IMG/VR virus record: IMGVR_UViG_3300048999_000166
Location: 32,001 to 96,000 of that record
Reading direction: 5' to 3' (one strand)
From: a virus
DNA length: 64,000 nucleotides
Shown: in pieces, positions 27,053-33,608 of the stretch
Position numbering within the stretch: the first letter of the stretch is position 1
Layout: each line of letters begins with the position of its first letter
Translations under genes and position numbers: made by a program
The notes under the pieces: generated by a model
Told to the model about the DNA's origin: nothing
The model's input: only the letters and a program-made list of their open reading frames with translations
Databases searched by the model: none

Positions 27053-28888
27053 ATGGCAACTCCAGCCGCGACCTTCTGCAATATTGGAGTCGGAGCCGGG
27101 AAGTCTAACTATCAGCTGGACTACAGCACGGCCACTGGCGCTGGGATTACCACCGCGACTCCCTCCACGCTGGCCAGCTCCACCGGTATCAGTAGCATTA
27201 TGTATTCCTCTACTGACGGCAGCGCGATGATGCTGCGCTCGGACGTGGACGTCGATGTGATCGCCACCAACGGCTACCCGCGTTCGGAGTTCCGGGAGCG
27301 TCAGCAGGATGGTTCAACGCTGCGCGCGTTCACCCCGACCAGCGGAGATCACTGGGCCGAGGTGTGGGAGTGTCCCACGCACCTGCCTCCGATCAAGCCC
27401 TCCTACGTCATGCTGCAGATGCACGACAACAACGACGACATCATCGAGATCGCGTTGCAGCGGCGGACGGACTTCGCCACCACCGGCCTGTTGGAAATCG
27501 TCGCTCGGGTTAATGGCTCCAGTCAGGTCCAGATCGGCGTGGATGGCGGCGGTAACCCGGTCTACTACACCTGGCCGAAGCTGGTGACCACACACGTGTG
27601 GGGCACCTGGTACCGACTCAAGATCTACGTGGGAGCCATCCACTCGGGATCCACGGGATATGAGATCAGCTGTAATTCAGTGACCGTCAAGAATACTGAC
27701 AACGTGAACATGCCAGCTATGAACACTTCGGGGGCGAACAGTTACTTCAAATGTGGTATGTATTTGCAAACGAAGTGGACTGGGAGTGGTACCCTAGGTC
27801 TAGAGACAGATCGAAATGAATACGGAGAGGCCGCGTTCCGCGATTTCCGTACTCATCACAATGGAGAAACCGACACTTCGATACAGACACGCGGAACAGA
27901 TACGCCCGATACGGTCTCTAGCGTGGTGTGGGGAGCTAAGGCATCTGGTCACCAGACTACCCCACTGTCGTCGGGAGGTACCGGAATTACGCTTACTCCC
28001 GCGCTCCCCACTGGACTTGTCCTCGGAGATATGGTGTTCTGCATTACTAGGACTAGTCGAGGTATCAATACCACTAGCGCTACGGCTGCCACCTCGGAAG
28101 CTCCCGGGCCACCTACCGCTCCATCGACGCCGAGCATCACCACTGGGTGGACAAAGCTGATCAGCACTCATATGCCTTTTGCGGCGGGGGACACCAATAG
28201 TGCGTATCCTGGTAGCCCCAATCTCCAAGCTCATACGATTCGGTGGCTACTGTTCGGTAAGCCCTGGGTATCGGGGGATACCGCTCCCACTGTGACATAC
28301 GCGGCTGGTAATACTCTTACGGACACCATGACCGCGCACGTGTTTAAGTGTTCCGGGTCTAAATACTCTACAGTGTTCGCGGAGGTAATTGATCAACCAC
28401 CCAATGGCCTCGATCTGTCCAATCCGGCGGACAACAACAACACGATCACCGGCATCAACTATGCAGCCGCGACTAGCACGACCGTGCTCGGCCCCACTGC
28501 TGCCCTGGCCAGTAACGCCGAGGCAGGCTCGCTGGCCATCGCATGTGTCTACCACGAGACCAACACGACCAACACGACTATTGGCGTGGTGACCGGTGGA
28601 TCGGATGGCCTAACGTGGGCCGCGGGGGGCGTCTCGAACACTACTACGGTGACACCGGCTAGCGGGTCCGGGGCGGAGTGCGATGAACCGGCCTTCGCGC
28701 ACGACTGGGCTATCGTCCCCTCCAACGCTGGACAGGCCATCCCGGCCAAGCAGGCCGCAGCGACGATCAGTGGTGACGCGAACAAGCCCTCTACATCGCT
28801 CACCACCCCAGGCAGTGGGTGGGGCGTCCTGTTCACGATCGCGGCAGCTAGGAACCGCCGTAAGTGGATGCGGGCGGCGAGTTACTAG
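27053..28888 (+). CDS. Tail protein with an N-terminal PL7 (alginate lyase-like) domain
   Basis: The three PL7 signature boxes are present in order: YPRSEFRE, MLQMHD, YFKCGMYLQ. ATG 27053 has RBS GGGGG. Confidence 0.7.
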   Translation: MATPAATFCNIGVGAGKSNYQLDYSTATGAGITTATPSTLASSTGISSIMYSSTDGSAMMLRSDVDVDVIATNGYPRSEFRERQQDGSTLRAFTPTSGDHWAEVWECPTHLPPIKPSYVMLQMHDNNDDIIEIALQRRTDFATTGLLEIVARVNGSSQVQIGVDGGGNPVYYTWPKLVTTHVWGTWYRLKIYVGAIHSGSTGYEISCNSVTVKNTDNVNMPAMNTSGANSYFKCGMYLQTKWTGSGTLGLETDRNEYGEAAFRDFRTHHNGETDTSIQTRGTDTPDTVSSVVWGAKASGHQTTPLSSGGTGITLTPALPTGLVLGDMVFCITRTSRGINTTSATAATSEAPGPPTAPSTPSITTGWTKLISTHMPFAAGDTNSAYPGSPNLQAHTIRWLLFGKPWVSGDTAPTVTYAAGNTLTDTMTAHVFKCSGSKYSTVFAEVIDQPPNGLDLSNPADNNNTITGINYAAATSTTVLGPTAALASNAEAGSLAIACVYHETNTTNTTIGVVTGGSDGLTWAAGGVSNTTTVTPASGSGAECDEPAFAHDWAIVPSNAGQAIPAKQAAATISGDANKPSTSLTTPGSGWGVLFTIAAARNRRKWMRAASY

Positions 28889-29571
28889 TCCGACTCTATC
28901 CACGTGGCCTGTCGTGCGTTCGGGAACATCGATTCGCTCAAGGGTTCCGTCACGAAGAACCCCGCGATAGAGATCCGGTTGGCCCCCTCTACCTTCGTCA
29001 CGAAGTGCAACGCGTCCGCCGCCATGAACACCAGCCGATTGGGCTTGGGGAAGATGAACAACCCATGCCCCGGTGACAACGCGCGCCGCGCCTCCTCTCG
29101 ATCGTCGAGCCACGGAAGGATGTCTCCGCAGGACGGGGTATCGCGATCGAGGACGCAGAGGATGCCTCCCCAGTGCGGGCGCCACTCCGGGTGCGCGAAG
29201 TAGATGTACGACCCGGCCCCGCCTGGCTCGTCCGCGTGCAGGGAGAGACCGCTACCTGGCGGGTACACCCACGGAGCGAAGTTGACGAACTCATGATCGT
29301 CCACCACCGTCTTGAGTAGCTCGTGTTCGTGGGCGGACCCGACAAGCGTGCAGAACCGATCGAGCACGCGCGGTCCGGGCATCGGAGCGCGTTGTCCCGT
29401 CAAGGGGAAGCCATCGTGCGGACGCCACACCTTCGACACGGTCGTCACATGGACATTCTGGAAGGTGCTGGAGCTGATCCAGTTGAACAGCTGGGAAGCG
29501 TAGTCGGCGTCGAACACGTCGTCGAAGACCGCGACCTTGTCGGTGAGCAGCGCGGGCTTATCGAAGTCCAT
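28885..29571 (-). CDS. 2OG-Fe(II) dioxygenase (prolyl-hydroxylase-like)
   Basis: YPPGSGLSLHAD (HxD), WRPHWGG, PKPNRLV, LHFVT (distal His), RISIAGFF (2OG-binding Arg). Confidence 0.8.
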   Translation of the reverse strand: MDFDKPALLTDKVAVFDDVFDADYASQLFNWISSSTFQNVHVTTVSKVWRPHDGFPLTGQRAPMPGPRVLDRFCTLVGSAHEHELLKTVVDDHEFVNFAPWVYPPGSGLSLHADEPGGAGSYIYFAHPEWRPHWGGILCVLDRDTPSCGDILPWLDDREEARRALSPGHGLFIFPKPNRLVFMAADALHFVTKVEGANRISIAGFFVTEPLSESMFPNARQATWIESD

Positions 29572-29580
29572 GTGCTCACT

Positions 29581-29844
29581 CTATCGGCGCTGACCGCAGC
29601 TGCGGCAGCCCTCGAAGTCAGCGGGCCGATGCTTCCACGGCCGGCGCTCCTCGGGGCGCCCCTCCCACACTTCGGCCCAGCGGTGGCGACCGACTCTGCA
29701 CAGGGTCGCGGCCAGGAGCTGATCCTTGCGCCGGTAGGACCACGTCATCTGCAGGTGGTTGCGCGTCCCGCCGTAGAGGCCGCGGCAGTACGCGGACCCG
29801 GGCCAGTGATCGAGCGGGTGGAACTGGGAGAAGTCGAGCTTCAT
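29581..29844 (-). CDS. Hypothetical protein
   Basis: 87 aa; CRVGRHRW...CRSC. Confidence 0.5.
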   Translation of the reverse strand: MKLDFSQFHPLDHWPGSAYCRGLYGGTRNHLQMTWSYRRKDQLLAATLCRVGRHRWAEVWEGRPEERRPWKHRPADFEGCRSCGQRR

Positions 29845-29965
29845 GTGGTTACCCCGTGACGTGGGTCAGCCGGTGAGGTAGTAGTCCAGCCGGGTCCGGA
29901 GATCAGCCCTTCGCCATCGTGGGTGCACCCAGAGAATGACCGCGCAGAGGCGCGCCCGGCTAGCG

Positions 29966-30033
29966 CACGGGCGGAAGGAATCGAACCCTCGCCTGGCGGT
30001 TTTGGAGACCGCCGGCTCGCCATGAGCGCCCAT
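29966..30033 (-). tRNA. tRNA-Trp(CCA) with a compact D arm
   Basis: Acceptor AUGGGCG/CGCCCGU, anticodon arm GCGGU-CUCCAAA-ACCGC, T arm GAGGG-UUCGAUU-CCUUC; only 68 nt; no encoded CCA. Confidence 0.7.
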
Positions 30034-30097
30034 CTGGTGACGACAGGGCCCCGACCAGAAGGAGTTTGGGACGCCCCGGTTCGAGGCCCTGTCATCG

Positions 30098-30173
30098 TAG
30101 CGGTTCCGAGATTCGAACTCGGGATCTCAAGGTTATGAGCCTTGCGGGGACGGCCGAACTCCCCTAAACCGCT
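30098..30173 (-). tRNA. tRNA-Met(CAU)
   Basis: Acceptor AGCGGUU/AACCGCU, D stem GGGG/CCCC, anticodon arm CAAGG-CUCAUAA-CCUUG, T arm CCGAG-UUCGAAU-CUCGG. Confidence 0.85.
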
Positions 30174-30255
30174 CTGTGCGACACCCCCGCCAGCTAGCTG
30201 TTCAGCAGGGCCCAGGGGCCCTTTCGCCAGCGGGGGTCGCGTCGGTGAGCTTAGC

Positions 30256-30531
30256 TCAAAAGCCGCGCTCGCGCTTCATATCAGCGGTGAGATCGTCGAG
30301 CTTCCGGATGAACTCACCGAGGTCGATGTTGTGCAGGATGTGCGTGGTCCGGGCGGTGGTCTCGTCCTCGTAGACGATGTGCACCTCGATGTCGGAGTAG
30401 GAGCACGTCTCGCAGTAGCCGCCCCAGGTGGTCTCCTGGTCGACGGACAGGACGCGGTCGATGCGCGTGACACCCTGGCGCTCCAGGTAGCGCTTGACTA
30501 CCTCGTAGAACCCCAGGGTGCCCTCGCTCAT
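30256..30531 (-). CDS. Hypothetical protein downstream of Ro60
   Basis: ATG immediately follows the Ro60 stop; WGGYCETC motif. Confidence 0.6.
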   Translation of the reverse strand: MSEGTLGFYEVVKRYLERQGVTRIDRVLSVDQETTWGGYCETCSYSDIEVHIVYEDETTARTTHILHNIDLGEFIRKLDDLTADMKRERGF

Positions 30532-32196
30532 CTAGATCGCTCCTCGTGCGAAGTCGGCCAGCAGGTTCGGGACGTTCGAGTCGAAGCCCGAGACATCCAG
30601 CGTTCCCTCGTCGGCCGGGTCCGCGATCGTGAACTCAGTCGGCGTCAGCGCGACCACCGCCAGCCGGGTGTTGATGCCGGAGGTCTCGCGGTAGCGCTTC
30701 AGAGCCTGCTGCGGGTGGATCGCCCCCGCCCACGTCTCGTTGTCGGTCAGCACCTCGATGACGTCGTACTCCTTCTTCAGCGCGCCCGCCCACAGCATGG
30801 GCAGCGCACAATCAGTGGAGCCGAACGGGAGCCGCTCGATGGTGCGTACCGCATCGTCGAGCCGCTGACGCGGGCTGAGCGCCAGCTCGCTCACGTCGGT
30901 GAACTGCTGGCTCCGACCCCAACCGCCACCGGTGAAGCCGATGACGTCGCACGCGGGCTCCGTCGCCATCGTGAACAGCGCCAGCGCCGCCGTGACCTCC
31001 CGGCAGGTGATCGCCGAGTAGTTCGGCTGGCGGTAGCCGCCGCGACCCTTGCGGGGCGCGCCCTGAGCCGGGCTACCCATCGAGCCGGACACGTCCAGCG
31101 CGAGCAGGTGCCGCTTGTTCGAGGGCTCGAAGGTCCCGAAGGTCCGGTAGAACGCGGAGTCGAGCGCGTCCACGATCTGACGCTTCGGGCTCCAGGTGTT
31201 CTCCCCCATCATCGACTGGCCGCGGCTGTAGGTACGCAGCGCGACCAGCGCGTTGATCGGGTGGATCCGGGCCTTGCGCAGCTTGTCGGTGTCCTGCAGC
31301 TGCGCGGTCACCGTCGCCAGCGACTGCGCCGAGTTGAACACCCCCAGGTTCGTCAGCCGCGGCAGCTGCCGGATCAGCGCGGTCATCGGGACACCAGCGG
31401 CGATCAGGGCGTGCCACACCTCCGCCTGAGTCACCGCGGCGTCGGGCAGCGCCTCCCAGGGCAGCCGGAAATTAGTGACCAGCTCGACCCACTGCGCGAC
31501 GGTGGTCGCCTCCTGCGCCTTCTCGAACGCATCCACCAGCGCGGGCTTGACCTTCGGGTCGCTGTCCTTGCCCTCGTGCTTGACCATCCAGTCGAACAGC
31601 GCCTTGCGCTCCGGCTCGTCGGTCTGCGGGTGGGACAGGCGCAGCAGATCGCGGTGGCTCCAGCCCTCGCGCTGCCGGTACTTGATCGCCTGGTAGGCCA
31701 CGGACTCGACCGGCTTATCGAGGTACCAGTTGCGCACCGCCCGACGCAGCCCACCGCCCCAGCCGCGGAACTGCTCCGCGTAGCGGGTGAACAGGTAGAG
31801 GTGCGTGCCGGTGCGGCACACCTTCGAGACCGCATCGTTGGCCGCCCGCCGGGCCGCCTCTGTGCCGCCCAGCGCCGACACAGCGGCGAGCGCGAAGATG
31901 GCCGGGTTCTGTCGCGGCGCTCGACCCGCGACCGAGATCTCGACGATGCGCTCGACCAGCCACTCACCTCGGTCACGCGCGGCGGCCAGGATGACCTGCG
32001 CGTTGTCCTTGGTGAGGTCGGCCTCGGTCACGTAGTAGGTACCGCCATCGGTGCCGAGGGTGAGGAAGCGGTTGACCCGCGTCTCATCGCCGACCTGGAA
32101 GACATAGCCGCCCGCGTTGTTCTTGACCTGGCGGGGGTCAGCCTTCTCCGACTGGGGAGTCTTGCGGGTACTGATTGCGGTCAGTGCGTCGGCCAT
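30532..32196 (-). CDS. rsr: Ro60 / TROVE-domain RNA-binding protein (Rsr ortholog)
   Basis: NNAGGYVFQV...RFLTLGTDGGTYYV, RQREGWSHRDLLRLSHP, PMTALIRQLPRLT, RIHPINAL, vWA MIDAS LALDVSGSM, GSTDCALPM, TDNETWAG, LDVSGFDS. ATG 32196 has RBS AGAGGAAAG. Confidence 0.95.
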   Translation of the reverse strand: MADALTAISTRKTPQSEKADPRQVKNNAGGYVFQVGDETRVNRFLTLGTDGGTYYVTEADLTKDNAQVILAAARDRGEWLVERIVEISVAGRAPRQNPAIFALAAVSALGGTEAARRAANDAVSKVCRTGTHLYLFTRYAEQFRGWGGGLRRAVRNWYLDKPVESVAYQAIKYRQREGWSHRDLLRLSHPQTDEPERKALFDWMVKHEGKDSDPKVKPALVDAFEKAQEATTVAQWVELVTNFRLPWEALPDAAVTQAEVWHALIAAGVPMTALIRQLPRLTNLGVFNSAQSLATVTAQLQDTDKLRKARIHPINALVALRTYSRGQSMMGENTWSPKRQIVDALDSAFYRTFGTFEPSNKRHLLALDVSGSMGSPAQGAPRKGRGGYRQPNYSAITCREVTAALALFTMATEPACDVIGFTGGGWGRSQQFTDVSELALSPRQRLDDAVRTIERLPFGSTDCALPMLWAGALKKEYDVIEVLTDNETWAGAIHPQQALKRYRETSGINTRLAVVALTPTEFTIADPADEGTLDVSGFDSNVPNLLADFARGAI

Positions 32197-32218
32197 GGTC
32201 TTTCCTCTCATGAGTGGA

Positions 32219-32331
32219 CCCGCGCGGGCATGCACATATCGAGACTGGAGGTCCCACCTCCAGCAGGTAAAGCCTGCCTTGGTGCGACTCCCGAAGCCGG
32301 AAGATAACCAGCCTCGTCCGGCCCGCGCGGG
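32219..32331 (-). ncRNA. Y-RNA-like unit 1 (adjacent to rsr)
   Basis: 5' CCCGCGCGGGC-CGG...GCUGGUUAUC...CAUG-CCCGCGCGGG 3'. Confidence 0.75.
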
Positions 32332-32342
32332 CCCGTGTAGGG

Positions 32343-32407
32343 GATGGGCATGTGAGCGACAACCGGTTCAAGTGAGAGTTGTGTTAACCGACTGTCTCCG
32401 GCCCATC
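32343..32407 (-). ncRNA. Y-RNA-like unit 2 (minimal)
   Basis: GAUGGGC-CGG...GUCGGUUAAC...CCGG...CAUG-CCCAUC. Confidence 0.8.
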
Positions 32408-32428
32408 TTCACTATAGAATTGTATTGC

Positions 32429-32543
32429 GACAGCGGGCATGTTGTGACGTACCGGGGTTAAGCGGCATCCAGCCCGAGCGAGGAATCGAACCTCGACCTT
32501 CTTTTTCGCAGAAAGATAACCGATGTGTCTCCGGCCCGCTGTC
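32429..32543 (-). ncRNA. Y-RNA-like unit 3 (T-arm payload)
   Basis: GACAGCGGGC-CGG...AUCGGUUAUC...CGAGG-UUCGAUU-CCUCG...CCGG...CAUG-CCCGCUGUC. Confidence 0.85.
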
Positions 32544-32563
32544 CATTATCTAGTTTTATAGGG

Positions 32564-32630
32564 GGACAGGCATGTGATGATGACCGGTGTTTGTCCGTTA
32601 CAAGGGTAACCGACCATCTCCGGCCTGTCC
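32564..32630 (-). ncRNA. Y-RNA-like unit 4 (minimal)
   Basis: GGACAGGC-CGG...GUCGGUUACC...CCGG...CAUG-CCUGUCC. Confidence 0.8.
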
Positions 32631-32649
32631 TTCAATATCGAGTTGTAGA

Positions 32650-32782
32650 GGGATGGGCATGGAGTTCGACGACCGGTACGGAGGCCTAGGGGTGGGAGTC
32701 GAACCCACGCCTCGGGACCGGAGTCCCGCGTGCTCCCGGACTGCACTACCCCAGAGGTAACCGACTGCCTTCGGCCCATCCT
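32650..32782 (-). ncRNA. Y-RNA-like unit 5 (normal-order tRNA body as payload)
   Basis: GGAUGGGC-CGAA...GUCGGUUACC, then acceptor, D arm GUGC/GCAC, CGGGAC-UCCG-GUCCCG, T arm GUGGG-UUCGACU-CCCAC, ...CCGG...CAUG-CCCAUCC. Confidence 0.85.
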
Positions 32783-32793
32783 TGGCTATGCGA

Positions 32794-32922
32794 ACGCGGA
32801 CATGTAAGTGACTGCCGGGGAAAGTGACTTACCAATTCGTCCACACTGTGTGCTAACACAGCGGCGGGACTCGAACCCGCATCCCCACCTTTCGAGGGTA
32901 ACCGACCGTCGTCCGGCCCGCG
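32794..32922 (-). ncRNA. Y-RNA-like unit 6 (YrlA-type permuted tRNA mimic)
   Basis: ACGCGGGC-CGG...GUCGGUUACC; T arm GCGGG-UUCGAGU-CCCGC, acceptor-like hairpin, D-loop-like GAAUUGGUAAG; CAUG-UCCGCGU. Confidence 0.85.
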
Positions 32923-32941
32923 TCCAATATTGAGTTATAGG

Positions 32942-33010
32942 AGCCCGGACTCGCATCCCATCGGTGTTAGTTCCTCCGCCCGGGCGGAGAGGCACCGTGT
33001 GCCTGGGGCT
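32942..33010 (-). ncRNA. Unclassified structured element inside the array
   Basis: Nested stems AGCCC/GGGCU, CGGUG/CACCG, CUCCGC-CCGG-GCGGAG; lacks the Y scaffold; strand inferred from context. Confidence 0.4.
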
Positions 33011-33021
33011 AGTCCTAGGTA

Positions 33022-33132
33022 GAACGGACATGGTGAGCAGCACCGGAGTGCGGACTCGAACCGCTCGAAACTCAGGTGTTATCCCTCGTCTCCGTCAGCC
33101 AGATGCGATAACCGATACTCGTCCGGCCCGTT
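33022..33132 (-). ncRNA. Y-RNA-like unit 7
   Basis: GAACGGGC-CGG...AUCGGUUAUC...GCGG-UUCGAGU-CCGC...CCGG...CAUG-UCCGUUC. Confidence 0.85.
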
Positions 33133-33154
33133 CCTAATATGAAATTGTTTAGTT

Positions 33155-33254
33155 GGACAGGCATGTTCAGGCAGAACCAGATCTACCATGAAGGCGATCC
33201 TCGCGGAGCCTTTCACCGGAGTCGAACCGATAACTGATTCCAGTCGGCCTGTCC
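33155..33254 (-). ncRNA. Y-RNA-like unit 8 (compact permuted tRNA mimic)
   Basis: GGACAGGC-CGA...AUCAGUUAUC-GG-UUCGACU-CCGG...AUGGUAGA...CUGG...CAUG-CCUGUCC. Confidence 0.8.
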
Positions 33255-33263
33255 TCATTAGGC

Positions 33264-33400
33264 GGATGGGCATGTTTGTGGCTGCCGGAAAAATTTCTAT
33301 TGCTCTACCAACTGAGCTACGCTCCCACGCGAGTGAAAACGACTGGACTCGAACCAGCGACCCACAGATTATTGGTTAACCGACGACCGCCGGCCCATCC
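33264..33400 (-). ncRNA. Y-RNA-like unit 9 (YrlA-type)
   Basis: GGAUGGGC-CGG...GUCGGUUAAC; T arm GCUGG-UUCGAGU-CCAGU; acceptor hairpin capped by UCGC; D arm UAGCUC-AGUUGGUA-GAGC; CAUG-CCCAUCC. Confidence 0.9.
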
Positions 33401-33416
33401 TCACTATTGAGTTAGA

Positions 33417-33555
33417 CGAGGGCGGGCATGTAATGACCGCCGGAATAAACGCGTGCTACCGTTACACCACCCCGAGTTGTGGTCCCGGGGCCAGGAGTCA
33501 AACCTGGTCTACGCCCTCCAAATGGGTAACCGACATGTCGTTCGGCCTGCCCTCG
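33417..33555 (-). ncRNA. Y-RNA-like unit 10 (YrlA-type, first in the transcript)
   Basis: CGAGGGCAGGC-CGAA...GUCGGUUACC; T arm CCAGG-UUUGACU-CCUGG; CCCCGGG-ACCACAA-CUCGGGG; D arm GUGU-AACGGUA-GCAC; CAUG-CCCGCCCUCG. Confidence 0.9.
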
Positions 33556-33608
33556 CGGGTAACGGTAGCGTGTTGCCGTTCAAGATCGCCACCGGGTTAC
33601 CCTTCTGG

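Noticed and set aside
32197-32235. Upstream ATG (32235) for Ro60 given by the ORF track
   Set aside because: It would start inside Y unit 1. ATG 32196 has a clear RBS and matches Ro60 N-termini.
32942-33010. Twister ribozyme (CUAACAC similarity)
   Set aside because: The other conserved twister loops and pseudoknot partners could not be found.
32686-33530. Calling the GGTTCGA-containing segments ordinary tRNA genes
   Set aside because: They are permuted (T before D), lack a 7-nt anticodon loop, or are incomplete, and all are enclosed by the Y scaffold.
32219-33555. CRISPR array interpretation of the repeated units
   Set aside because: The conserved parts are split into short 5' and 3' motifs that base-pair around variable structured inserts, unit lengths range from 65 to 139 nt, and no cas genes are present.
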